From NCBI RefSeq assembly GCF_022539665.2, contig NC_081331.1, positions 6,696,001-6,760,000 on the forward strand: a DNA stretch of 64,000 bases, read 5' to 3'. The position numbers and the translations under genes are program-made. Every line of letters starts with the position of its first letter. Within the stretch, counting starts at the first letter, position 1. Shown piece by piece: positions 51,201-64,000 of this stretch. This stretch comes from Daphnia carinata (Eukaryota). The notes beneath the pieces are model-generated. The model was not told where the DNA came from. It saw nothing but the letters and a program-made list of their open reading frames with translations, and made no database searches.

Positions 51201-54200
51201 TCTTTGTAGCTCTTCTTGCTGATCCGCATTGCTATCGCTAAACCTATACGTGCAAATCATAAAAAAAGGGAGAGAGGCGATGGTAGGGAACGTCTTGTGA
51301 CGATGAACAAATCTGTATTTATGGCTATTGACAATAGTGGGTGAGTCCTGCCGCCGTTTCGTGTTGACACAAGTGCGCGCGCGCGTCGAAACACGGTTAG
51401 AGCCTTGCATTTATTAAAAAAAAAGGAATGAAAATATGATAAAAATGTGTTGCATGTATAAATACTATTTCGCAAGCGACAGTTGCAATACTACTAACGC
51501 ATAGGACATCATACATTTTTTCTGCTAGAAACAAACTAGAAAAAAAGTATTTTTAAAAAAAGGGGGGAGTAAAGGAAACAAACATATGACTTGTTCTATT
51601 AATTTCACTATCGCCGAAATAGAAATGTAAGCTCTGGCGCGCGGTCTCCATTCCAAACAAGCCCATTATCTGTAACCCGTGTGTGTGTGTATTTATATAT
51701 ATACAGTATATATATGCAGTACTCTGTGAGCATATCATATAGTCTCGTTAGGTACGAGAATTAAGAGCTTCAACATCAAAGAGATAGGATGAAAATACTC
51801 AATCACGCGTAACTGATGGAAGAAGAAATGGGTCGAGAAATCGAGACGCAAAGAGCCATGGCTCACCTTTTGTGTCTGTCTGTGAACATTTCTTTTTTGC
51901 CACTTTGTAGACATAACATCTCTTCTGTCGAATAACGGAAAAGAAAAAGAGTAGCAAGAATGCAGTTGCGCAAATAAAATTCTCTGAATGGTCAAGGCTT
52001 CCCAGTTCTCTAATACGCTGAATGGACGTGACGCATATAGGGCTATTCCATCCGTAGACAAGCATCCGCATCGCCTCCCGTCTTTTGTACCCACATTTTT
52101 CTTTTTTCTTCTCACTCTTCTTTTATTTTTATTCCATAGTTTTCTAAAATTCCATTTGCTTTCGTCTTTGCAACAACATATCTTTTTATCCGCTATTTAA
52201 TAGCTCAGCCTTCCCGCACTGCATTGTTTTCACTAGCGCAATCTTAGCAGACCTTAAATACTTTAACAAACGAAAAATAATAATAAATCGCCTTGCCCCA
52301 CCCTTACATGTATAGATCCAACTAAATACACAGAGGCAGTAGAAGTCACCATGCACTGTTGGTTGCGGACATGGTTTCAATTGTATTATTCAAAGGTAAA
52401 CCGGCAGCATGGCGATTGTTGCCCAAAAGACCAAAACATTTTTCTCCTAAGAAACACACACAATCACGCTCTCGCGTCGTTGATACGCTACGCTGAACAG
52501 CGTCCTACAGAAAGCGGACGATTGCGTACTGTTCGTATATCTTATCACGGGAAGGCATCCTTACGCAAAACGTGTACAGTGTGTATACTTAATCCCCCTG
52601 ACGTGTAACAACACCATCCGTCTACGCCAACTAAACGGGCTCTATGGAAGACATCTTATTTTTTGTGTGTGCTCTTATAGAGCCTATTCTGTAGTCTCCT
52701 AGGTAATAGCGACGACAGGTCTTTCCAAGATTAACGTTCAATGAAACGGATGCACGAATTATCTGCATTGTAGTGCATAATAGACACATGTCTATTACAA
52801 ATATATATAGGCAACTAGCAAATGAATGGATCGGTAGAGGCATATAGTTCTCTTAACTCAACACGAAACGTATATCGGACATCGTATGTTCATGCTATTA
52901 AGTTTGCCTATTTTGCTTAATATGCATCAATTGTTTGATCCAAGAGAACTATGCATTGTTCGCTTCCCAATTTTCGAAGGTAGTGGCAATAACGAGAGTG
53001 TAACGCAGTTCCTCTCTAAATGCACGCCAGTTTCTCTAATGGATGCACTTGGCGGCGTGCAAAAGGCAATCGAGTCCATTTGCTTTCTATTTTCCACCAC
53101 GTACCATTTCTTGGTTCTTCCACGTTAATTATTCTTACACGTTTGTTTCAACTCGACTGAGCTCCAGCTTACTGGCGCACGCTCAACGCTGTTTAGCGTT
53201 TAGATTGTCTACACGGATGTTGTGAAAGCTTTGAGCGAAAATGTCGCGCATGAGGCGATCAATTCTCTTAATTAAACATTCAGCCTAAACGTAATCCCAA
53301 TAATGGCTTGAATGTTTAAACATATCGAATCATTTTCTACATGCAAATGTAGTCGCGCAAAATATGAGGGCTGTATATCTGCGTTTTTGTTTTGAGTGTA
53401 TAAGATATGGCTTTTCTTTTATGCTCACTTCTGAAAAGATATAATTCAGCTGGTTTATGGGCGTATGCAAATCAATTCTTAATTTTTTTTGTTCACCACT
53501 CAAACCAAAATGGGTTTCAAGGCTTTGAACAGCGGACAACAGCCACGATTGTATGGTTTTGGTAATGGATACATCGGCAACTATATAATTGAATTTAGCA
53601 GTTAGACGATACGTAGATGTTGGAACGCATCAAACACGCAGTTGCGTCTAGCCTCTGTTAAAGAAAAAATCAGCAGTTGGTGGTTGTTAACGCAGACAGA
53701 CAGAGCCAGTGTTGTTGTGACTATTGGCCGTGCTGTGAGTGAATCCCTTTCGAGGCCAGCACTTTATATTCTTCTTTCATATTTCTATATTTTCGTTTTG
53801 CCTCCGTCTTCTTCGTCTTTTGATTATATTTGCGTTCCTCACCCTCCCCCCCCCCCTTTTTTTTTTGCTAATCTAAAGATTTTTGCTGGCCGAATGCCAT
53901 TCCCCCTTCCTCTATGGCTGGCGTGTACGATTGATTGCCTGCAATAACCTAGCAACAGTTGCCAAGCGCCTTATAACTGCTGCAAAAAGTGCATAACTTA
54001 ACATTCGATCTGTTTACACATCGAGTATACAGCCAAAAAGACGGGCTGCCTCCGTTTTCGACACACACATCTTGCTCTCGCCATAAACTCTTATGTTTTT
54101 TTCGAAATTGAGCATTTACAAACAAACAACTGCCAGAGTATACATGTAACTATTAGTTACGCACTCCGTTTTGTCACTAATTCCAGGGTTCACGTTCGCT

Positions 54201-57200
54201 TTGCCATTTTTGTTTGCCAACCCAAACGATTCTTCAAGTGAAAACAGTTGGGGCGTGCCACTTGGTGGCGGACTATAGCATTATTGTTCTTCAGCTATTA
54301 ATTCTTTACTTGACGTTATCATCAATCAAACTTAAGTTGTATTATACGGTACGCGATAAAGAAACCCCCGAACCCGAAACAAAAACGAAAAGAATAATTT
54401 GACGAACCCACTTTCACTCTCATCACCGCTTCACTTGCACCGATCCGTTAACATTAAACGTTAAAATGATGCTATAACTAGTGTATAGCTTTAAATACAT
54501 TGGCTAGTGTTTTTATTCATGTACATCAGGCGTTATACTATTTTCCTTTAATTCCGCATTTTCGAACCCCCTATTTTTCTCAAATGCGTACACGCACAAG
54601 GTGTGACACACGGGCGAAAAAAAATTCTTGTGTATTTACCAGATGACGTCGTCGTATTGATTGGATTGTACAGCAGGGAGCGACGCTATAACGGGGCGCG
54701 TCGTGCATCACTCGTTCACGCAGGGGGGTTGCTCAGCGTGAACCGGCCACTGCTGAGTATTATATACAAGTTGCACCTGATATGGAAAAATAAAACCTAT
54801 CAAAGCTGCTGGCTGCAAGTTTTATTTTTGTTTTGTTGGTGAGAGAGAGAGAGAGAGAGGGGGAAACGCCCATTTGTACAGTTGGTTGTTTGGGATTTGG
54901 TTGGAAAAAAAAATTGTAGCGCAAACGACGGTGCAAAACTTTTACCAATTTGAGGTAGGGCCAATATCGGAACGTTGATGGCGTCGTGAAAAGAACAAAG
55001 TAACGACATGGGCGTGAACTACGATGTCAAAATACAATACCCTATGGGAAATTACTAGCGTGTAAACACAAGAACGAGTCAGTAACAAGTTCGATAACAA
55101 CAAGTGAAATCAGAAGCTTATTTTGTTTGTTTTTTATTTGTTTTTTTATCCCCAAACATTCTGCGTAGGTACATAATGCGTCCATATAAGATCGCTATCT
55201 ATGAATATAATACGTGATTACGTTCCAGGCATGGTGGAGCATTTTTTGGCAATGCAACATTGATTGCGAATAGGTGAAAAATCGAACAAATTAATCTTGA
55301 ATATCACAAAGTACTTAATGTCGTCCTTCTTTACGATTTCTTTTGCTTGTTTGCATTTTTTAAAATGCCGCTTTCTCTGCGGATGACGTTAGATCGTTAC
55401 GTTCCAGTTCAACACTGACGGGAAGTTTCAAGTTGTAAAAGAAAGATATTGCAAACGCAAAAGAAGAAGAGAGATCAAAATTGAATGTCGTGGATGTGCG
55501 ATGAAACATGGGAACTCGATATATATGGGAGCGATAGATGGCCGCTAGCGTATAACAATGATTGGTAAGGATCTCGAATGATCTGTTCCGTGTATCGCTC
55601 AAAGGATACACTGAATAGTTGTAACGTGAAATGAGAACCGCACCGCATCTGTCACGGTGAGAACGAAAAAAACAAATAAGAACAAGACAATCAGTTATTG
55701 ATCGTCAACCTTCATATCCAAGAACTCTTGGCACATATACGCACAAAAGAACAGGAGAAACCGAAGAGGAAACACAATAAAAGAAAAAAAATAAATACAG
55801 AACCTTTTTATTCTTTTTAAATGAACCACCCTGATCATCAGGTGATGAGGTAGGTCCAGAACTTTGAATCCTAATCAACAATCCACATTCCTCAAGGCCC
55901 ACAAGAATTTCTCAATGTTTGCCCGAGTTACTTGGTTACTTTGTTTATCCTACATACTCATCCGCATAACACAATGAATGAGAATAGATTGCCCATCGAG
56001 TCGGAAGATAAAGACACGTGACTGGCATGCTCAGCCGACGATGCCCACAAGATAAGAAACTATAGCTGAACGTGGATTCACGTATCGATGGTCGATGCGG
56101 TCGATACCGTCTATCAATCATGAGACTCGATCTATCCGTAAATATTGAAAAACCAAACAACATTCTGACTTTGAGAGGAGGAAAAAAATGCAGCAAAGAA
56201 ACAAAAAGAGAAAGGACTCAAGATGTACCTAAGCGTGTACCACTGGGTTCTTGGTGCAAATGCTGAGTAGATAAAGAATAAGACGTGAGAAATTGATGAT
56301 TGCGTGGCTGCTTGCCCGTCTTTGCTCTCATTTTCAACAAATCGATACGGTATCCTTTTTTTTCTCTCATCTGAAACGCCCCACAGATTTGGGTGGGGCC
56401 CGTCTTCGCTGACGGACATTCTCTCATGGCATTTCTCCTCTCGGTGTCTATCTGTAGGGGAGATATCAAAGGCAGACAACAAGAAAAATTCTACAACCAG
56501 ATCTGATGTCACTGCTGTTTCTGCTCGCCTCTTGTCGTTCCAACTCGACAACTTTCTCATCACGCCCCCGCGCCTTCTCTTTTTTTTTTTACACGCTTAG
56601 CCGCACCCTTGCTGTCATTGCTCTCTTTCGCACTCGTCTCTTTACACGCCTACGTCGCACGTGTTTCCTATCATTTGGAAACTTACGTCACGATCTAGCC
56701 GACAGCAAAAGTCACTGGACTTTATTTTTTATTTTGAATTTATTCCATATTTCGTTCTTGTTTTTTCTCCACACCGGTGCGAATTTCGCACGTATAGGCT
56801 CGGCGCTAAACCTACATATCGTAGCGTGTGTTTGCCCGTGTTGATGCGTGACTAGATTGGAAAACTTTGGGGCGTGCAAATCCTTCTAATGTGACATGAA
56901 GAGAGAAAAAAAAAATTTGTTTTGACGTTAGCAAATCTTCGAACACGTTGGGTGCCAACGAGTTTTGAACGCGTGTTGCACATGTTATATGTGTACGTTT
57001 AGATATCGTGACGGATATGAGTTCACGTGATTGTTCTTGTTCAAAAAAGAAAAGGCCTCGGGTAAAGGAAACTTGCGTGTCTCAGCACTCCAGCAAGGAC
57101 TAAAAGTTTATGTTGACATTTTCTACTTTTACGACGACCGAATGTTAGAGATGTGTAACACTAGAATATATCAAGAATGTTTCGTGTAGTTGCTGTCCAT

Positions 57201-58151
57201 TTCATTTGGAGGGGCAAACGTTAGAAATGCCAGAGGGTATCAGCAGTTATGCCTTTTACGTCAATCTTGACGATACGAGAAATTTGATATGCGTATTAAT
57301 AGGCTTTCAATGTCGGAATACTCAAATATAAGTGGGCCTTCTTTGATAAAAATAAATCGTTTTAATGGGTAAGATTACCAGCCAATGTATAAGTCACAAA
57401 ATGAAATATTTACTTTGAAAGACGTTTCGTTGCTACACGACTAAACCCTACTTAACAACGAGCCCTTTGCGAGCCAAGAAAGTTATTATAAAATCCATGT
57501 ACTTATCCAGTGACGTAGGTTCCGCCTGTCGATCTAAACTATTAAAAAAAAAAAAAAAAGGATCGCTCAGGAATGCAAACGGAATCCATTATCTCGTAAA
57601 TGTATCAAGAAATCCAGGCCTGTATAACAATCTGTAACTATTTAAAACGTGATGCATCTCGTTTAAGATGACTTGACAGCAACCAGATTTTGTCGTCGGG
57701 TAATTCAACTAGTCGACGACCCCCAGGAGAAATCTATTTCAACATCCAACTTGTTCTCCTCCTTTTTTTTTCGTGCGAATGACTGCCCCGATTTGTGACG
57801 TCCTCGATATATCGTCGGCGATTTACGCGTGCGTCGAAACCGTACATGTAAATGCTGTCCCTCCTCCTCCGTTTATTCAAACACGCATTCAATCAATAAG
57901 TATAAAGCGAAGAACGTCGTATCCGCTGGCATTAAAATTAGAGACCTCTCCAAAAAAAAAAAACTCGTTAAGTTTTTTAATAGCCAATATGATCATCATA
58001 TGAAATTTCGTGTCCTATTTCTTGTTCTTTAGAAAGATAAGGTTTTACGATAGCCTATAGTACATTGACGATTCATTGAATGAAATTGAATAAAATAGCT
58101 GTTGTTTATTGTTAAAGACAGGATCGGCGAGAGGAGACGTCGCCGTGGAAC

Positions 58152-61100
58152 ATGGCGTCCAAGACGGAAGCCTTCGCCACCGGTGAAAGTTACGGGGAAT
58201 GTTTAGCCTCGACAACAACAACAACAATGAGCAGTGCGGAACAAGTCACAGTGACAAGTACAAAAACAATGGGAGCAATGGACACGCCAGACTTGGCGGC
58301 CGTTTCGTCAGCAACGCAGCCAACGCCTTCATCACCGTCGACGACAGTATCGACCATAGCGGGTGGTCACGTCACTTCGTCGGTCACGCAAGCAACGCCG
58401 CTGGTCACCAGTGGCAGCGACAACAGCTTCGACGGATCGAAGACGGTCAGTGCTCCGCAACAGGATCTGCCGTGCGCGAAATCCTCGCCCAAGAAAGCCA
58501 TCAACGAATTGTCGCCGAAATCAGGCGGGACCAATCAGAACAGCAGCGGGAGCCGGGGTAGTAGCAAAGCGATGAGGAATAACGCCAGCAGCGCAGGCAG
58601 CAAAGAAACGCTAAAACAGCGAAAGTCAACGGAAGGGAGTACCGGATCCAATCCCATTCATCATATAGCGGCATCCGGTAGCCCGGCTCGTCATGGGACA
58701 AGCGAAGGCGGAAGTGCGGGCGCAACGACGGCCACCGAAACTGGCCGGAGAACGTCAACCGGCGCGACCAACAACAGCAGTAGTAGGAACACGACCAAGC
58801 CGTGCTGTTTCTGCTGGTGTTGCTGCTATCGATGCACATGGTAGGCAAATGGCCAACACATCATAACAGTGCGGGCTTCTTCCCTTTTTTTTTTCTTCCC
58901 CTTCCTAGTCTTATTGATTCCACTCACACAAACGGATCAGTCTACACCCCTTGTCTCATTGGCGATCTTTTCGTTTGATGTAGCCCCAGATTTTCTTTCG
59001 TTTTTCATTATTTTCCACGCTTTTCTTTTGTCTTGTTTTTTCTAGTGTGTTTTCGCCTCCCCTCAGTTCGTACGATCTCCATCAACGTTCTTGACAAAGT
59101 CTTTTATATTCATAATAGTCTTCTTCCTTTCTTTTTTTTTTTCATCACTTTGAATGAGCCTCCTCTTTTTTAAAATTTTCCCGTCTGGCGCTTTCACCCT
59201 CTTTTTTCTTTTCTTTTTTGCTTGTTGGCCATGGGACGTCATCATCCCATCATTGTCAAATAATCAGCTTTTCCGCCTAGCTGAGCATCCGCTTGATGTG
59301 CGCATACCACGATCAGGACTCATTTATTACACGTCGGTTTCAGCAGACCCGTCATTTCAGATTGGAGCGTTGTTGACCCCACAATTTTTTTTTTTTAGAT
59401 TTGCGTGCTTATTTATTCTCTGTCCATGCGCGAAGGAGAAGATGAAGGGAAACAAAAGTAAATCTAACACAAAAAGCAACGCAATAATGCTTTTATTTGA
59501 TAGGTTTTCTTTTGCATTCTTTTTTTTGCCATAAAGAACCGGTCCCATTTTGATTTATGTGGCGGCCAGCAGTCGACTCCATATCCCATTCAAATATAGG
59601 CTATTTCAGAGTAACGTAATGGCACTTTACGTGGAAACTACTAATCTTAAAAAAAGAAAGAAATATGAGCTACTGATCGATATCTTTTGCTTTCAGCACA
59701 CTTTTCGCTCTATTGAATTGCCAGAACCATAACCATATATCCGTCAAACCAGAAGTCGAACTTGTATTTGAAAATAGATAATTTGTTGTTTGTTTTTATC
59801 CACTAAAAACAAAACGAAATAAGACCATATCAAAATCGAACAAGTCACAAAAACTGAAGTAAATGTTCCTCTTCTTTCCCCCTGATTCTGCTGACTTATA
59901 TTCTTACTTTTCTACGTCGTAGGGGATCGTTAATGCCAGCTGCAAGTGAAGCATAATAAGTAAGCTGCAGCGCGTGTACTATATACGTCAGTATGCCTAC
60001 AGCAAGCCAAACACAAAGACTGCATAATAAACAAGGATCCCAAAAGGCCTTTTGCCTTTACTTTTTTTTTTTTTTTTTTTTGTTGGGGGAAAATTGAAGT
60101 CTATTTATAGCTGGCTGTAGCTCAATGACAAAGTCATCTGGCTGTGCATTATGTTGAACGTCTTCATCGACCAGCCGGATGATAATAATAATAGGTAGAT
60201 GAAAGACACCAGGAGCGGCAGGAGGAGAGAAACGGTTGAAGGGCAACGACAGACAGTCAGTTAGATATAGTCAACAACAACACAATGAACTAGCTCTTGG
60301 CTTCTCTTCATAGCCAAAGCACAAACTGGCACTTTACTTGGGGGCTAGGATGTCTTCCGCTGGAGTGCTGTTGTTTGCTGCGCTCTTGAGTCATCACTGG
60401 CTCCCTCTGTCTAGTTTCTCCCGCTCTATGGTAACGATGCGACCGTGAGTTATGCTCTCGAGTCTTGAACCGACAGCGAGGAAGAAATCAGGCCACACTT
60501 GACACACCACAAAACAGCTCTTCTAAAGATGATTAGAGAGATGAGGAAGATGGAAAAAAAAAAGGAGGAAACAAACAAAACAACAGATGAACCCGGCAGC
60601 ACCCACTTACTTTCACTTCCGTTCACTTGCCACGACAATTTTTTTTAAATTTTATTTTAAAATAAGAGACTAAAGAAAAATCATACGTCTGACAAGGAAT
60701 TTGCATTCGATGGCTATACGATGTGCACCCGTGCATGAAATGTTTTCGCCCAACTGGCGTCCATAACTTCATTAAGAAGTTATTGTATCTTGACTTAAAC
60801 AGTTGATTTTGTGTTTAACGGCATTATTTTTTTTTAAATTTTTTAAACTTATATTTCCGTGCGGCTGATTGGTTTCCATCGTGTTGTGCGTCATCGTCGT
60901 TCCAACAACAGCCTATCATCGAGGAATCAAGAGGAGGAGCTGAGTAAATCCAAAGACATCACCAGTCGAGACTCGTGGAGCAACGATCCAGAAGTGACGT
61001 GAGTCTTCTTTCATCTCGTTTCGCTTTGACTCTTTTTCTTTTGGAGGGATGGGAATTTTTGGGCACGCCGTGCTGTTATATATTATCGATATATATTTTC

Positions 61101-61539
61101 CATCAAGTATGCCAACCTTATTTACCGACTGAATGGGTCTACCCTAATATTATCATCGCTGCTTGACCGCTTTCCACAACGACGTTTACATTCTATGCTC
61201 TTGTCATTTATGTTTGCTTTCTTTTATTAAAAAAAAACATATATGCTGCCAACTCGGACAACACGGCGCTTCTGTAAAAAAAAAAATTACCAACAATACA
61301 CAAAAAAAAGGCCGAGCGTGGAAGAGATCCGTTGCTGGGGCGATTCGTTCGACAGGCTGATGAAGAGCCCCATGGGTCGGGCCGTCTTCCGCGAGTTCCT
61401 CAAGTGCGAGTACAGCGAGGAGAACATCCTCTTCTGGCTGGCCTGCGAAGACCTCAAGAAGGACAACAACCCCGAAGTGGTTGAAGAGAAGGCCAGACTT
61501 ATCTACGAAGACTACATCTCCATCCTATCGCCAAAAGAG
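58152..61539 (+). CDS. RZ-family regulator of G-protein signalling (RGS17/19/20-like), partial; exons 58152-58840, 60912-60998, 61311-61539, continuing beyond the window
   Basis: Cysteine string KPCCFCWCCCYRCTC, then RGS domain WGDSFDRLMKSPMGRAVFREFLKCEYSEENILFWLACEDLKK...IYEDYISILSPKE. Phase-2 junctions are compatible; the last RGS helices were not found in the window. Confidence 0.9.
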
Positions 61540-64000
61540 GTACTGTTTACGAGCTACACTCTGACGCTATACGCCGCTATATAACGTTGCTGTAGTATAT
61601 GTGCATGTGCGCATCTTCATTCGCGTTTCGAGTTTATTAAATCTATCACATCGCCCAACGAGCTATTCCGTCCTCTCTTTACAGGCTTACACGCGTACAA
61701 TATGCGAAGAGACAAATTCTATCAGCTCTAGTCCTCTTTCCCATCTTATTCTCACGTATTTTACCCGTCGATTTCATTTGACAGCTCTAACGTACCCGAC
61801 GAACTGAGTCCATACGTGTTTCGGTACTTGAAAACCCTTCACGGCCATCGATCGTTAAAATGTCCGACACTCGATATATAACGCCATTGCTTGTTTGTTT
61901 ATTTTTTCGATTTTAACTCGAGTGCCCTATTACGAAATGAGATGACGAGGACAGAAATGATCCGTCTGAAATGGCAACGTTGTGAAAAATGATGTAGCCA
62001 ATCGTCTTAATGTATATATTTTTAATGTTAAAAGTACGATAGTCTCGTGAAGGCCTTCGTCAAAGGCAACCGCCACGCTATGAAAGGGATAGAAAATGTA
62101 GTCCTATTGGTTGAAACGTCCTTTATCACCTTCAGTTAATAGGTTAGGAAGATGGCTTAAGGATTCGACAATCCGAAATGAAGCGTTTTGGAACTAAGAG
62201 ATTGAATTGAAACGGATAGAGCATTTAGAAGAAATCTCGATTTTTGCGAACATGCAGTTCGCCGTCTTTCGAAGGAAACGTCATTGTTAAAACAAGAAAA
62301 GCAGAGCCGTATATGAGGAAACAATTGATGGCGAGATTGTTCCACCCGTTGATCAACGCGTCCTCCTCCCATGTACGCTTTCCATGTCAGACATTCTTTC
62401 AATCGTTCTTTCCTGTCTTTATTTTCTTCCATCCTGTTTTTCAAAACTTTCAAATTGCTTTCATCCTTTGCGTCTATTGTTCGTCTCCTTTCACTACGTT
62501 TTTCAATTTATTTTTGTCACACCAACAGGTACGATCGGCGTTTTTCGTACATTTTTCGTATCCGCCGTTCTTCCCGCGGTACACGTAACGTCGGAAACGA
62601 TTGATTTATTTTTGTTTAAAAGAAAATGGATCGCCTAGGAAGCATTTGGCTTTGAAAATTCTACAGTACCAACAGCTCTATCGTTATAGGAACGAGGAAC
62701 AATGTCAAATAAATAATGAAAATGAATGAAAACTTTCCAACTGCTGTACGAACAAGAATTTTCTTGAAAAAAAAAAAGGGAACGCAAGACATGAAGGAGG
62801 GCAGATGGGAACAATCGATTCCTGCGCGTAGACGCTACGGCATCCGACGATGGCCTATTCATCGTTTGTTGAACAACCAAATAGAAGGCAGACTTGGCTC
62901 ATTTTATTGGAAGTTTGGAAGCAATGGAAAAAAAAAAGTTTTTGAATCGAAAAAGGAGAAAGAGAGTTAGACATGATGGATGAGGTGGATTGAATGTAGG
63001 GCAAGAAAAAGGGAGGACAAAAAAACAAACAAAAAAAAAACTAAACTAAATGACAAATGAAGTGCGCATCTTTCATTGAGGGGAATGACAGCATGAATGA
63101 AAACGGAAAGGAATGAGGCAACCCAGAGATCTAGATCATGTCGGTCGAACTGGGTAAAAAATTGAATCAAGCCACGAGCTAAAGGAAGTCGATGAAAAAA
63201 TTAAAGGAGCACGTCCGGAGAAAGGAACGGCAGTTTCCGGTACCTGTCACACCTTGTTAAATGGCAGTTTGTATTACGATTTTTTTATTTACAGAGCAAA
63301 GTTTTGTAGATATAAAGAAACAAAGACTCAGAGAAGAGCGAAAATAAAAAAAAAAGAAAAGAACGGATAAAAACTGAAATAAGAAAAATAAAAGTGATAG
63401 AGAAGAAAACGGAAGAAGAAAGAGAAAAACGTCAGCACCATCTATCTTGGAACGGTTCGGTAGAATCGATTTTTTCCCTTGTCATTTGAGCCAGAAAGGC
63501 AGCCAAGCGGGGCAATAATTTTCAAAAGCATTACGTAGGCTTTCTTCCCACCCCGTTTCTCCCGAACTTCCTTCCCGACATGCCCTTCAACCACACCATT
63601 CCCCTTCCCTTTTTCCGACCCCTCCTCGTCTTCGATCCGCATCTTCTCTTTGGCTATTTTTCCTCATCTGGTTTATTCTATCTTGATCATCAATTTTTAT
63701 CCGCACAATGATCGCCTTGACTGTTCTCGTGTACTTGGCTTTGGCTGGTTCCGTTCCGTACTTTTTCCCATCGGAACTTTTTTGCCCGTCGCGTTCGTGT
63801 CAGTTTGTCCGCGTCGGACGACGAGTTTCGCTCGGGTTGCCATCTATCCCTGCTGGAGCATAACTTAAAATGCGGAAAGCAGAAATGGAGAGAGAAATGG
63901 GAGGTAGTTTATACATATATATGAAACGGGGAGGATCGATGATCCGATTGTGCTGTTTTATTGATTTCGCCCAGCGAAAAGGGAAAGAGAAGAAGCAAGG

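Noticed and set aside
54712..54744. Small hairpin GTTCACGC...GCGTGAAC
   Set aside because: An isolated 8-9 bp stem is expected by chance in 64 kb.
42700..58000. Many 60-140 aa ORFs in intergenic or intronic DNA (also 1-4700 and 61600-64000)
   Set aside because: Phe/Lys-rich translations of poly-T/poly-A and microsatellite tracts with no domain motifs.
1..64000. CRISPR arrays or prokaryotic systems
   Set aside because: The sequence is intron-rich eukaryotic DNA with no repeat-spacer arrays.

Overview
Eukaryotic, AT-rich genomic DNA with many short (~55-100 nt) GT-AG introns. Gene content and intron style suggest an arthropod, possibly a cladoceran such as Daphnia (inference). Protein-coding genes: a bric-a-brac (BTB + Psq + AT-hook) transcription factor (+, ~4.1-15.3 kb) with an extra alternative terminal exon encoding a different Psq-type HTH; a Plc21C-like phospholipase C-beta (-, 27455-35886); EOGT (+); DNAJB11/ERdj3 (+); and the first three coding exons of an RZ-family RGS gene (RGS17/19/20-like) that runs off the right end. 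There is also a tRNA-Leu(TAG). Two regions are missed by the ORF track. (1) A multi-exon non-coding snoRNA host gene (-, ~23.5-25.8 kb) carrying five C/D snoRNAs, most with recognisable 18S rRNA guides, and one H/ACA candidate. (2) A ~5.8 kb tail-to-tail palindrome (16979-22824). Each arm holds a 7-exon orphan (pseudo)gene and a GC-rich multi-hairpin island resembling a TATA-driven, T-run-terminated ncRNA, and three degenerate tRNA-like units sit at the centre. The arms are near-identical in the middle but diverged at both ends. All calls come from manual reading; no searches were run.
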